Assembly (NCBI GenBank): GCA_963813755.1
Contig: CAWEZY010000004.1
Span: 346,565-410,564, forward strand
DNA: 64,000 nt
Direction of reading: 5' to 3'
From: an uncultured Gammaproteobacteria bacterium
GTDB taxonomy: Bacteria > Pseudomonadota > Gammaproteobacteria > Steroidobacterales > Steroidobacteraceae
Position numbers and translations under genes: made by a program. Position 1 is the stretch's first letter; each line of letters starts with the position of its first letter. The notes below the pieces were generated by a model. The model saw only the letters and a list, made by a program, of their open reading frames with translations, ran no database searches and had not been told where the DNA came from. Shown piece after piece: positions 39,284 to 49,210 of this stretch.

Positions 39284-39640
39284 TCAGTGCTCGATCTGGC
39301 GATTGAACGTCTCCGGCAGAAAAAGCAGCCCCACGATGAGCGTGGCGGTGGTCTGAATCCGGCTGGTATACACACCGCGCTTGCCCGGCGGCGCATGTTC
39401 GGCCACATAGGTTGCGGCACCACCGTATTCGCCGCCGAGCGCCGGACCTTGCAGCAACCTCAACAGCACCAAGGCGACCGGTGCCGTCACTCCGATTGCC
39501 GCGTAGTTCGCCAGCAATCCGTACAGATAAAAATCGTACCATTCGAACACCGTGCCGAGCGATGAGGCGCCGATTACCAGCCACTGATTGGAGACTACGG
39601 TTTGCTCGCCGCGCAATTCGGCCGAGGCCTTTCTGTTCAT
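39284..39640 (-). pseudogene. remnant of an MFS metabolite:H+ symporter (MHS/ProP-KgtP-like)
   Basis: The 118-aa ORF keeps ...FEWYDFYLYG... and ...LLRLLQGPALGGEYGGAATYVAEHAPPGKRGVYTSRIQTTATL.... It lacks the ~60 residues normally between these motifs and everything after about TM5 (full-length relatives are >400 aa). Confidence 0.65.
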
Positions 39641-39673
39641 GCGATCCCCAGTCCCTTTTTTTCTTTTAGCCGT

Positions 39674-40465
39674 TCAATGCTTGGGCGGCGGCGCCGCGGT
39701 GACGATCGCGCGCAGCTCCACGAGTTTGGCCTTGATTACGGCCGCATTCTCCGGGCCCATCCGCAACAGAATCTTTTGACCCGCCGGGCGGGCCTCGAGC
39801 GCCGGATCGGCGAATGTGTACATGACATTCGGCCGGGTCAGTACGAGCGTGCCCGCAGGCTTCGGCGTCGCGAGCAGCGAATCGATCACCTGCACCAGTC
39901 GATCGTTGAAGTAGCCATTCGGATATCCGAGGTCCTGATAGACGTGTTGGAACAAGGGATAGAAGTGCAGGTACACATTGGCGAGCCGCTGCATGTCGAG
40001 CTTGCGGATCACATCGACCATCGGCTCATAGCGTGCGAAATTTTGCGGATCGAGCATCGCATGCAGCTCGTCGCCCCTGGCCTGAAAGGTGCCCGGCACC
40101 GGGAGCGTGGGGCGCTTGTCGACCGGCGCCTTTTGGCGCGGCAGATTGTCGATGGTCACCACGATGCGCCGGATGAGGCCATCGGGTACCAGGTATCGAG
40201 TGACCGCGTCGCTGCCGGCGACTTCGCCGAGCGCGTCCCTGATCGCCGGATCGCTGTCGCCCAAGGCCGGCAGCGGACCCTGCGACGCCGAGTCGCCTGC
40301 CTGGGGCACCGGGTGTTGAATCGCCGGCTCCCCCGGCGCGGCCGTCGGCGCGGCGGCGGGCACCGGCGGCTGCGCGCCGCGGGTGTGCAGGTAATACGCG
40401 ATACCCGACGCGCCCACGACCACCACCGCGGCCACCACAATCATCGGCTTGTTGATCATCGACAC
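39674..40465 (-). CDS. DUF3014-like membrane-anchored protein
   Basis: 263 aa with an N-terminal TM (MIVVAAVVVVGASGIAYYL), a Pro/Ala linker, then ...LPALGDSDPAIRDALGEVAGSDAVTRYLVPDGLIRRIVVTIDNLPRQKAPVDKRP.... It matches my memory of DUF3014. Confidence 0.6.
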   Translation of the reverse strand: MSMINKPMIVVAAVVVVGASGIAYYLHTRGAQPPVPAAAPTAAPGEPAIQHPVPQAGDSASQGPLPALGDSDPAIRDALGEVAGSDAVTRYLVPDGLIRRIVVTIDNLPRQKAPVDKRPTLPVPGTFQARGDELHAMLDPQNFARYEPMVDVIRKLDMQRLANVYLHFYPLFQHVYQDLGYPNGYFNDRLVQVIDSLLATPKPAGTLVLTRPNVMYTFADPALEARPAGQKILLRMGPENAAVIKAKLVELRAIVTAAPPPKH

Positions 40466-40562
40466 TCCTGCGCATGGCGTGCGCTGCGGTCATTCTCGCG
40501 CAATTGCGAGCAAAAAGCAGCGCCGGCCTCCGCGGCGCCGGCCTCGCAAGCCGGCCGGGGAT

Positions 40563-41598
40563 TCAGCCGCGCTTCGCCATGCGCATCTGCAATTCGTGCC
40601 GGCGATAATCGATGATGAGGGTATCAAGCGTGCCGAGCGCATCCATGCCGATCATGATCGCGGGATCCTTAGTGAACTTCCAATGCTTAAAAATATAGAC
40701 ATCCGCGAACGTCACGCGGGAATTGTTTATGGCGATGTTGCCGAATTCGATCGCCGGCGTGGCGGCGAGTTCGCCTTTCTCAATCGCCAAGGTCGCTCCC
40801 TGGATTTGATCGGGTTTGCCGTGGAATCCAAGGGTGTGATGTAGCAAGGCCTGGCGCAGCGCCAGATTGCCGATGGTGCTTTGACCGCCGGTGTCGATGA
40901 TGGCCTTGGTGCGCACCGGACCCACCATGGCATCGATGATGATCAGCTGCCCGGCATTCGATCGAAACGGCACGCTGAAGAAACCACGTGCCGAGCGCTC
41001 GCCGCGAGAATAGGTAATGGCGATTTTGTCATGGTTGAAATCGATGAATATGCGCTTGTTCACCAGGCCCTCGGAGCCCAGGATTCCCTGCGCCCCTCCG
41101 AATGCGTCCGGGATGATCGGCAGGACCGCCGAATCCACCGACAGATCGCCCACGCTCAGCGTATCGACGTGGATGGCCGGCACTTCCGCCGATCCGGTGA
41201 CGCCGCGCAACGTCACATGCGGGGACTGATCGGTGGGAATGCCGAGCGCCAGTGCGACCATCGCCGTCACGCCGGAGTTGCTCGCGCCCGTATCGAGGAC
41301 CAAGCCGGAACGGACCCCGGCCATTGATGAAGACCGGCGCCCAAATGCGCCCGATTTGATCGCGCTGGGTCGGTGCGACATAGCGCGGCTGGCGCGCCTC
41401 GACCATGATTTCCGCGAGTTCCTCCGCGGCGTCGTTTACGGACAGAGCCGGCGGCGGCGCGGGTGGGGAGACCGTCGGCGCCGTTGCATCGGCCCATCGC
41501 GGCAACAACCCGAGCGCCGCAAGCAACAGCGCGGCGGAACTGCAGCGCATGATACCGCGGGACCCGGGATGCGAATCCATGCCCGTTAATCGATTCAT
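40563..41598 (-). pseudogene. secreted retropepsin-like aspartic protease with two DTG lobes, one frame disruption
   Basis: The N-terminal part (ORF 41029..41598) has signal-like MRCSSAALLLAALGLL and ...IWAPVFINGRGPFRL. After a frame change near 41300 it continues VLDTGASNSGVTAMVALALGIP..., with a second lobe ...AIIDTGGQSTIGNLAL.... An alternative start is Met at 41550. Confidence 0.6.
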
Positions 41599-41855
41599 CG
41601 CCGAACGCCTCCGCCATTAATTAAGACGCGATAGCTGCGCGAGAATTTCCAGTTGCGTTTCATTATAGGCGCGGGCCCTCCGGGGCACGACGCCCAGGCC
41701 CGCGAACACCCGCTTGCGCCGCAGCGGCGCCGCCTCGGGCACCTTCTGCTGCATAGCGATTGGGGAATGCGGCCAAATTCAAGGCGGGCCTCCCGGTGTC
41801 GCTTTCGGGCCTGAGATGTGCGCGCGGCATAGGGGTACTCGGCCACGAATCGGGG

Positions 41856-41865
41856 TAATATATCA
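41856..41865 (-). promoter_or_regulatory. TGATATATTA motif (minus-strand orientation) in the fdsG upstream region
   Basis: The plus strand reads TAATATATCA at 41856-41865, 43 nt before fdsG ATG 41908. It is identical to the two copies upstream of fhs. Confidence 0.3.
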
Positions 41866-41907
41866 GTGTATGATTATCGTTTCGGCTGCATCAATGTCGA
41901 GGCTTCC

Positions 41908-42445
41908 ATGACTAGCCCCTTGTCTCGGCGGGTGATTCCGCTCAAGGCCGAACCGCCTTTGGCGCTGAGTGCGGCGGAGCGCAAAACGATTGAAGGCGCA
42001 TGCGAACGCCTGAAGGCGCTGCCGGGGGCATTCCTGCCGATTTTGCACGCGGTGCAGGAAGAGCTGGGTTCTGTTCCCAAGGATGCGGTACCGCTGATCG
42101 CGCGGCAGTTGAACCTGTCGATCGCCGAAGTGCACGGGGTAGTGGGCTTTTACCATTATTTTCGCCAGCATCGCGGCGGCCGGCACGTCGTGCATCTATG
42201 TCGCGCGGAGGCCTGCCAGGCGCTCGGTGCGGCGGCCTTGGAGGCGCATGCGAAACGCTCATTGGGCATCGATTTTCACGGCACCACGGCCGACGGCGCG
42301 ATCAGCCTCGAGCCGGTGTATTGCCTGGGCAATTGCGCCTTGGGCCCCTCCATGATGATCGACGAAGACGTTGCAGGGGCGCGTTTCGGCGCAGCGCTTC
42401 GATGCGTTGATGGCGCAAGTTCGCGCACAGGCGGCAAAGCCATGA
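41908..42445 (+). pseudogene. fdsG: NAD-dependent formate dehydrogenase gamma subunit (NuoE-like), 1-nt frame disruption near the 3' end
   Basis: MTSPLSRR...[43 protein letters not shown]...[16 protein letters not shown]...[19 protein letters not shown]. From about 42375 the other frame reads ...[22 protein letters not shown] with TGA at 42443-42445 overlapping the fdsB ATG. A GGGG run at the switch point creates the listed 717-aa G-B fusion ORF. Confidence 0.85.
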
Positions 42446-44019
42446 GCGCGGTGAGGATTTTCGTCCCCATCGATGCGGCCGCGCGCTCGGTCGGTGCCGA
42501 TGAGACCGCGGCCGCCATTGCCGCCGAAGCGCAACGGCGCAAGATCGATATCGAACTGATTCGCAACGGTTCACGCGGCCTGTTATGGCTCGAGCCACTG
42601 GTGGAAGTCGAGATTGCGGGGCGGCGGTTCGCGTATGGACCGGTGGCCGATCACGAAGTGGCAAGCCTGTTCGACGCCGGGTTTGCCTTGGGCGCGGAGT
42701 CCCGGGGGGCCAAGCCCCACCCCAAGGCCCAGGGACCGACCGAAGAGATCCCTTATTTGAAGCGCCAGCAACGGCTCACCTTTGCGCGCGTGGGGATCAC
42801 GGACCCGAAGTCTTTGAGCGATTACCTCGCGCACGGCGGCTACCGGGGACTCACCGCGGCGATGACGCTGAAACCCGCCGATATCGTCGCGAGCGTCACC
42901 GCCTCGGGTTTGCGCGGGCGCGGCGGCGCCGCGTTCCCGGCCGGAATCAAATGGCAGACCGTGCTCAAGGCCCCGGGGGCGCAGAAATACGTCGTGTGCA
43001 ATGCCGACGAGGGCGATTCGGGCACCTTCTCGGATCGGATGCTGATGGAAGGGGATCCCTTCGTGCTGATCGAGGGGATGACGATCGCGGCGTTGGCGAC
43101 CGGCGCCACGCGCGGCTATATCTACCTGCGTTGGGAGTACCCGGACGCGAAGCGGGCGCTCGAGGCCGCCATCGCGGCCGCTTACGCCGCGCACTATTTG
43201 GGCGAGAACATTCAAGGCAGCGGCGCACGCTTCGACTTGGAGGTGCGCATGGGGGCCGGCGCCTATATCTGCGGCGAGGAGACCTCGCTCCTCGAGTCCT
43301 TGGAAGGCAAGCGCGGGCAGGTGCGTTTCAAGCCGCCCTTGCCGGCCGTCGCCGGCCTCTGGGGCATGCCCACGGTGATCAACAACGTCATCACCTTCGC
43401 CTCGGTTCCGATCATTCTGGAACGCGGCGGCCCGTACTATCAGAATTTTGGCAGCGGCCGGTCGCGCGGCACGCTGCCGCTGCAACTGGCCGGCAACATC
43501 AAGCACGGCGGGCTGGTCGAGATCGCGTTCGGCTTGAGCCTGCGCGAAGTGCTGTACGAGTACGGCGGCGGCAGCTTGAGCGGCCGGCCGATCCGCGCGG
43601 TTCAGGTGGGCGGCCCGTTGGGAGCCTATTTGCCCGCCTCGCAATTCGACACGCCGATCGACTACGAGGCGTTCGCGGAGATCCAGGGGATGCTCGGGCA
43701 CGGCGGCATCGTGGCCTTCGACGACAGCGTCGACATGGCCGCGCAGGCGCGCTATGCGATGGAATTTTGCGCCATCGAGTCGTGCGGCAAATGCACCCCG
43801 TGCCGCATCGGCTCGACCCGCGGGGTGGAGGTCATCGACCGTCTGGTCGCCGGCGAGAACGCGTCCATGCAGGAGGCTCTGCTGCGCGATCTGTGCGAGA
43901 CGCTCACATTAGGCTCGCTGTGCGCTCTCGGTGGCTTGACGGCCTACCCGGTGCTCTCGGCTTTGAACCATTTTCCCGAGGATTTTGTCAAATCAAAACG
44001 GGCGTCGGCCACCGCTTAG
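42442..44019 (+). CDS. fdsB: NAD-dependent formate dehydrogenase beta subunit (NuoF-like, FMN/NAD/4Fe-4S)
   Basis: [21 protein letters not shown]...[16 protein letters not shown]..., [45 protein letters not shown]. Confidence 0.9.
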   Translation: MSAVRIFVPIDAAARSVGADETAAAIAAEAQRRKIDIELIRNGSRGLLWLEPLVEVEIAGRRFAYGPVADHEVASLFDAGFALGAESRGAKPHPKAQGPTEEIPYLKRQQRLTFARVGITDPKSLSDYLAHGGYRGLTAAMTLKPADIVASVTASGLRGRGGAAFPAGIKWQTVLKAPGAQKYVVCNADEGDSGTFSDRMLMEGDPFVLIEGMTIAALATGATRGYIYLRWEYPDAKRALEAAIAAAYAAHYLGENIQGSGARFDLEVRMGAGAYICGEETSLLESLEGKRGQVRFKPPLPAVAGLWGMPTVINNVITFASVPIILERGGPYYQNFGSGRSRGTLPLQLAGNIKHGGLVEIAFGLSLREVLYEYGGGSLSGRPIRAVQVGGPLGAYLPASQFDTPIDYEAFAEIQGMLGHGGIVAFDDSVDMAAQARYAMEFCAIESCGKCTPCRIGSTRGVEVIDRLVAGENASMQEALLRDLCETLTLGSLCALGGLTAYPVLSALNHFPEDFVKSKRASATA

Positions 44020-44059
44020 GGCTGCTGCATCCGCACTCAATGAGATAGAGGATCCTGCC

Positions 44060-46918
44060 ATGTTGTCGATTGTCGAACAGGATTTTGGTACTCCGGAGCG
44101 CACCAGCGCGAAGCTCGTGACCCTCACCATCGACGGGTTCGAGGTGACGGTGCCCGAAGGAACCTCGGTGATGCGTGCCGCGGCACTCTCGAGGATCAAG
44201 ATACCGAAGCTCTGCGCCACCGAGCAATTGGAGGCCTTCGGTTCCTGCCGGTTATGCCTGGTGCAGATCGAGGGCATGAAGGGAATGCCGGCCTCCTGCA
44301 CCACGCCGGTGGCGCAGGGAATGAAGGTGACGACCCAGAACAGGCAACTCGCGCAAGTGCGCCGCGGAGTGATGGAGCTGTACATCTCCGATCACCCGCT
44401 GGACTGCTTGACCTGCCCCGCGAACGGCCATTGCGAACTGCAGGACATGGCCGGCGTCGTGGGCCTGCGCGAGGTGCGTTACGGGTATGACGGGGCGAAC
44501 CACTTGGATGCCCCCAAGGACACCAGCAATCCCTACTTCACCTTCGATCCCAGCAAGTGCATCGTCTGTTCGCGCTGTGTGCGCGCCTGCGACGAGCAGC
44601 AGGGCACATTCGCGCTCACCATTCAGGGCCGCGGCTTCGATTCGAAAGTGGCGGCCAGCCAGGACGCGCCGTTCATGGATTCCGAATGCGTATCTTGCGG
44701 GGCCTGTGTGCAAGCCTGCCCCACGGCCACCCTGTCCGAGAACACGCTGATCCAAAAGGGTCAGGCCGAGCACAGCATCACGACGACTTGCGCGTACTGC
44801 GGCGTGGGCTGCTCGTTCCGCGCCGAGATGCAAGGCGAGGAAGTGGTTCGCATGGTGCCGAACAAGGATGGGCATGCCAATCACGGGCACTCCTGCGTCA
44901 AGGGCCGCTTCGCGATCGGCTATGCGACGCACGCGGATCGGATCGTCAAGCCGATGATCCGCAGCAAGATCTCCGATCCGTGGCGCGAGGTCTCCTGGGA
45001 AGAAGCGATTGGGCATGCGGCGAGCGAACTGAAGCGCATCCAAGCGAAATACGGCCGCGACTCGATCGGCGGCATCACCTCCTCCCGCTGCACCAACGAG
45101 GAAACGTATCTGGTGCAGAAGCTGGTGCGCGCGGCCTTCGGCAACAACAACGTCGACACCTGCGCGCGGGTGTGCCATTCCCCGACCGGCTACGGCCTGA
45201 AGAACACCTTGGGCGAGTCGGCCGGCACCCAGAACTTCGACTCCGTGATGAAGGCCGACGTGATCGTCGTGATCGGCGCGAATCCGACCGACGGGCATCC
45301 GGTGTTCGCCTCGCAAATGAAGCGCCGCCTGCGTCAGGGGGCGCGCTTGATCGTCGCCGACCCGCGCACCATCGATCTGGTGCGCACGCCGCACATCGCG
45401 GCGGACCATCACCTGAAGCTGCGGCCCGGCACCAACGTCGCGCTGATCAACAGCATCGCCCACGTCGTCGTCACCGAGGGGCTGGTCAAGGAGGACTTCG
45501 TGCGCGAGCGCTGCGAGGCGGACTCGTTCGCGAAGTGGCGCAGCTTCATCGCGCTCGAGAAGAATTCTCCGGAGGCGATGGAACCGGTCACCGGAGTGCC
45601 CGCGAGCGACGTGCGCGCGGCCGCGCGCCTGTATGCCACGGCCGGCAACGGCGCCATTTACTACGGACTGGGCGTCACCGAGCACAGCCAGGGCTCGACC
45701 ATGGTGATGGGCATTGCGAATCTCGCGATGGCCACCGGCAACCTGGGACGCGAGGGGGTTGGCGTCAATCCGCTGCGCGGCCAGAACAATGTGCAGGGCT
45801 CGTGCGACATGGGCTCCTTCCCGCACGAATTCCCCGGCTATCGGCACGTGTCGGATGACTCGGTGCGGCATCAGTTCGAGAGCGCCTGGGGAGTCGCGCT
45901 GCGCAGCGACCCGGGCTTGCGCATTCCGAACATGTTCGAGGCGGCGCTCGATGGAGAGTTCAAGGGCCTGTACGTCGAGGGCGAGGACATCGCGCAGTCC
46001 GACCCGAATACTCAGCACGTCACCGCCGCCTTGACCTCGATGGAGTGCATCATCGTGCAGGATCTGTTCCTGAACGAGTCGGCGAAGTTCGCGCACGTCT
46101 TCCTACCCGGCTCCTCGTTCCTGGAGAAGGACGGCACCTTCACCAATGCCGAGCGGCGCATCTCGCCCGTGCGCAAGGTGATGGAGCCCAAAGGGGGCTA
46201 TGCCGATTGGCAGATCACGCAGCTGCTCGCCAATGCGGTCGGCTATCCGATGAACTACGCTCACCCGTCCGAGATCATGGACGAGATTGCCCGCCTCACG
46301 CCCACCTTCACCGGTGTGAGCTTCGCGCGCTTGGATGAGCTCGGCAGCATCCAATGGCCCTGCAACGCGGAGCATCCCGACGGCACGCCGACCATGCACA
46401 TCGGCGCCTTCGTGCGCGGCAAGGGCAAGTTCCTGGTCACCGAGTACGTGCCGACCCAGGAGAAGGTCAACGCCAAGTATCCGCTGCTGCTCACCACGGG
46501 CCGGATCCTGAGCCAGTACAACGTCGGCGCCCAGACCCGGCGCACCGAAAACAATCGCTGGCACGATGAGGATCGCGTCGAGATTCATCCGAACGACGCG
46601 GAAGAGCGCGGCATCACCGAAGGCGATTGGGTCGGCATCGCGAGCCGCGCCGGAGAGACGGTGCTGCGCGCGCGCGTCACCGAACGGGTGCAGCCGGGAG
46701 TGGTGTACACCACCTTCCACTTCCCCGAATCGGGCGCCAACGTGATCACCACCGAAAACTCGGACTGGGCCACCAACTGCCCCGAGTACAAGGTCACCGC
46801 GGTGCAGGCGACCCGCGTCACCCAGCCCTCCGAGTGGCAGAGGCGGTTTCGCAAGTTCAGCGACACTCAGCAAGCGCTGTTGAAAAGCGCCGGCGCCGAT
46901 GTCTTCGCCGGCAAGTGA
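44060..46918 (+). CDS. fdsA: NAD-dependent formate dehydrogenase alpha subunit (Mo-bis-MGD, Cys type)
   Basis: From Met-26 of ORF 43985..46918: 2Fe-2S region (FGSCRLCLVQIEG), 4Fe-4S motifs (CIVCSRCVRACDE; CVSCGACVQACP; TTCAYCGVGCSF) and the active-site region NNVDTCARVCHSPTGYG (Cys, no in-frame TGA). Intact over ~950 codons. Confidence 0.95.
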   Translation: MLSIVEQDFGTPERTSAKLVTLTIDGFEVTVPEGTSVMRAAALSRIKIPKLCATEQLEAFGSCRLCLVQIEGMKGMPASCTTPVAQGMKVTTQNRQLAQVRRGVMELYISDHPLDCLTCPANGHCELQDMAGVVGLREVRYGYDGANHLDAPKDTSNPYFTFDPSKCIVCSRCVRACDEQQGTFALTIQGRGFDSKVAASQDAPFMDSECVSCGACVQACPTATLSENTLIQKGQAEHSITTTCAYCGVGCSFRAEMQGEEVVRMVPNKDGHANHGHSCVKGRFAIGYATHADRIVKPMIRSKISDPWREVSWEEAIGHAASELKRIQAKYGRDSIGGITSSRCTNEETYLVQKLVRAAFGNNNVDTCARVCHSPTGYGLKNTLGESAGTQNFDSVMKADVIVVIGANPTDGHPVFASQMKRRLRQGARLIVADPRTIDLVRTPHIAADHHLKLRPGTNVALINSIAHVVVTEGLVKEDFVRERCEADSFAKWRSFIALEKNSPEAMEPVTGVPASDVRAAARLYATAGNGAIYYGLGVTEHSQGSTMVMGIANLAMATGNLGREGVGVNPLRGQNNVQGSCDMGSFPHEFPGYRHVSDDSVRHQFESAWGVALRSDPGLRIPNMFEAALDGEFKGLYVEGEDIAQSDPNTQHVTAALTSMECIIVQDLFLNESAKFAHVFLPGSSFLEKDGTFTNAERRISPVRKVMEPKGGYADWQITQLLANAVGYPMNYAHPSEIMDEIARLTPTFTGVSFARLDELGSIQWPCNAEHPDGTPTMHIGAFVRGKGKFLVTEYVPTQEKVNAKYPLLLTTGRILSQYNVGAQTRRTENNRWHDEDRVEIHPNDAEERGITEGDWVGIASRAGETVLRARVTERVQPGVVYTTFHFPESGANVITTENSDWATNCPEYKVTAVQATRVTQPSEWQRRFRKFSDTQQALLKSAGADVFAGK

Positions 46919-46927
46919 CGGCTCGTC

Positions 46928-47194
46928 GTGAGCGGCGTCGAGCATCTGGTGCAGATGGCGAACGACATCGGCAACTTCTTTCGCTCGGAACCGAAGCGCG
47001 AGGACGCCATCGCCGGCATCGCCAATCACATCGATAAGTTTTGGACCCGGCGCATGCGTGACAAGCTCACCGCCCACCTGGCCGACCACGGCGCCGACGC
47101 GCTCGATGAGCTGCCGCGCGAGGCACTGCGCAGCCTCTCCGGGAACCCAGGCGCCACCAAGCGACCGGAACCGCATGGGGGCGACGCCGGCTAG
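46928..47194 (+). CDS. fdsD: formate dehydrogenase delta subunit
   Basis: 88 aa, beginning 10 nt after fdsA: ...LVQMANDIGNFFRSEPKREDAIAGIANHIDKFWTRRMRDKL, as in the FdsD family. Confidence 0.8.
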   Translation: MSGVEHLVQMANDIGNFFRSEPKREDAIAGIANHIDKFWTRRMRDKLTAHLADHGADALDELPREALRSLSGNPGATKRPEPHGGDAG

Positions 47195-47215
47195 CGGATG
47201 CGCGTAACTGCGGAG

Positions 47216-48148
47216 TCAGAGTTCAGCTAACGTCCTGACGTGCGCCACCACGCTGCGCCCGAGCGCCGGCAGGTGGTATCCGCCTTCCAGCATCGACACC
47301 ACGCGCCTTTGCGCGTGATTCGCGGCCACGGCCATTAATTCACGGGTCAGCCACGCATAATCGTCTTCGACGAGCGCCAGGCCGCCCAACAGATCTTCGC
47401 GATGGGCATCGAATCCGGCTGAAATCAGGATCATCTGCGGCTTGAACAGTTCGAGCGCGGGCCGCCAGTACCGCTCCATCACCTGCTTCGCCGCCTCACC
47501 GTCGCTGCCGGCGGCCAGCGGCACGTTGATCATGTTGGGTGCCGGATTCGCCGTGCCGCTATGCGGATAAAACGGATGCTGGAACAAGCTCGCCATCAGC
47601 ACCCGCTCGCGCCACTGGGGCGCGCTGAATATGTCCTCCGTGCCGTTGCCGTGGTGTACGTCGAAATCGACGATGGCGACCCGTTCGAGGCCCTTGACCT
47701 CGAGCGCGTAGGCCGCCGCCACGCCGACATTGTTGAAAATGCAGAAACCCATCGAGCGCGCCGGCGTCGCATGATGGCCGCAGGGGCGCACCGCGCAAAA
47801 CGCGTTCTGCGCACGGCCGGCCATCACCTCATCGACCGCCAGAAGCCCGGCGCCCGCCGCACGCCGGGCGGCGGCGAGGCTGTACGGATTCATGGCCGTG
47901 TCGGGATCGAGCTGCAGATAGCCCTCGGTCGGCGCGTTCTCGAAAATCTCATCGACATAGGATGCGAGGTGCACCCGCCCGAGGTCCGCGGCATCCGCCA
48001 GCGGCGCCTCCAGGCAGCGCAGCTCCTCGAGCAGCCCCGAGGCGCGCAGGTGCTCGTTGATGGCGCTCAGGCGCTCGGGACGCTCGGGGTGGCCCGCACC
48101 CATTTCATGGCGCAGGCAGTCGGCATGCGTGATGTAGGCCGTTGTCAT
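47216..48148 (-). CDS. histone deacetylase-family (HDAC-like) amidohydrolase
   Basis: 310 aa: HPERPERL...AFCAVRPCGHHA...GFCIFNNVGVAAAYA...IVDFDVHHGNGTEDIF...ISAGFDAH...LEGGY. Confidence 0.85.
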   Translation of the reverse strand: MTTAYITHADCLRHEMGAGHPERPERLSAINEHLRASGLLEELRCLEAPLADAADLGRVHLASYVDEIFENAPTEGYLQLDPDTAMNPYSLAAARRAAGAGLLAVDEVMAGRAQNAFCAVRPCGHHATPARSMGFCIFNNVGVAAAYALEVKGLERVAIVDFDVHHGNGTEDIFSAPQWRERVLMASLFQHPFYPHSGTANPAPNMINVPLAAGSDGEAAKQVMERYWRPALELFKPQMILISAGFDAHREDLLGGLALVEDDYAWLTRELMAVAANHAQRRVVSMLEGGYHLPALGRSVVAHVRTLAEL

Positions 48149-48169
48149 CAGTTGTCCTCCTCCGTGAGC

Positions 48170-49170
48170 CTAGGCCTGCGCACCGGGCGCGGTGTACAGC
48201 CCCGCGGTTCGGCCGCGCTCCTGGATCAGCGCCAACACGGCATCGATCAGGGGGGTCGGCACGCCGGTCAGGCGGCCGAGCTCCTGGACCGCGGTCACCA
48301 GCGCATCGATCTCGAGCGGGCGGCCGCGCTCCAGATCTTGCAGCATCGACATTTTATGACGGCCGACCGTGGCCGCCAGCCCGAAAAGATGCTCGATCAT
48401 TTGCGCGGGGATCTTGAGCCCTAGGGCCTCATTGACCGCCTTGGCCTCGAGCATCATCGATTTACACAGGTTGAGCAGCGCCGGCACTCCGATCAGCCGG
48501 TCGAGGGTGGCACCGGTGAGTGCGCTGATGGGATTGAAGCACACATTGCCCCACAGCTTGAGCCAGATGTTCGAGCGGATATCCTCGCGAACCGGCGCGT
48601 CGAACCCCGCCTCGCCGAGCGCCCGGGCGAGCGCCAGTACGCGCTCCGATCGGCTGCCATCAGGTTCGCCGATCGGTGAATCGCTTGAGCGCGTGATGCC
48701 GGATGACCCCCGGGGCGACACCTCGCAGGCGGGCTCGATGACGCAGCCGATCACGCGCTGCGGCTGGATCGCACTCCCACTGGCGGCCGTCGAGGTCCAC
48801 GGATTTGAGACGGTGGCCCTCGAAGCGCCCGCCGCTCTTGTAAAAGTACCACCAGGGGACGCCGTTCATCGCGGTCACCACGGCGGTGGAGGGCCCGAGC
48901 AGCGGCGCGAAGGTTCGCGCGCTGTGCATAGGCCTGGTGCGCCTTGAGCGCGCAAATCACGAAATCCTGGGGACCAAAATCGCGCGGATCCTCGCTCGCG
49001 GCGACCCGAGCCACTTTTTCACGGCCGTCGATCAGCAGTTTGAGCCCGCGCTCGCTGATGGCCTGCAAATGCGCGCCGCGCGCGATCACGCACACCTCGT
49101 GGCCCGCCGATGCCAATTCGACCGCCATCAGGCCGCCGATCGCTCCCGCGCCATAGACGCAAAATTTCAT
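48170..49170 (-). pseudogene. 2-dehydropantoate 2-reductase (PanE/ApbA) family oxidoreductase, two frame disruptions
   Basis: MKFCVYGAGAIGGLMAVELASAGHEVCVIARGAHLQAI... (ORF 48751..49254 from the Met at 49170), ...TAMNGVPWWYF... (48660..48929), ...NIWLKLWGNVCFNPISALTGATL...HKMSMLQDLERGRPLEIDAL... (48170..48754). Confidence 0.75.
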
Positions 49171-49210
49171 CCCATCTACGGTCAGTGGCGGCTGCGCGGC
49201 CGGTCCGCGC

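Noticed and set aside
41617-41754. 45-codon minus-strand ORF (MQQKVPEAAPLRRKRVFAGLGVVPRRARAYNETQLEILAQLSRLN) between the protease and fdsG.
   Set aside because: It is too short, with no recognisable family and no clear RBS. GC3 bias alone is insufficient, so I left it unannotated.
41866-44019. A 717-aa natural fusion of the formate dehydrogenase gamma and beta subunits.
   Set aside because: A single extra G near 42378 removes the normal fdsG stop. The alternative frame gives a canonical FdsG C-terminus ending in an ATGA overlap with fdsB.
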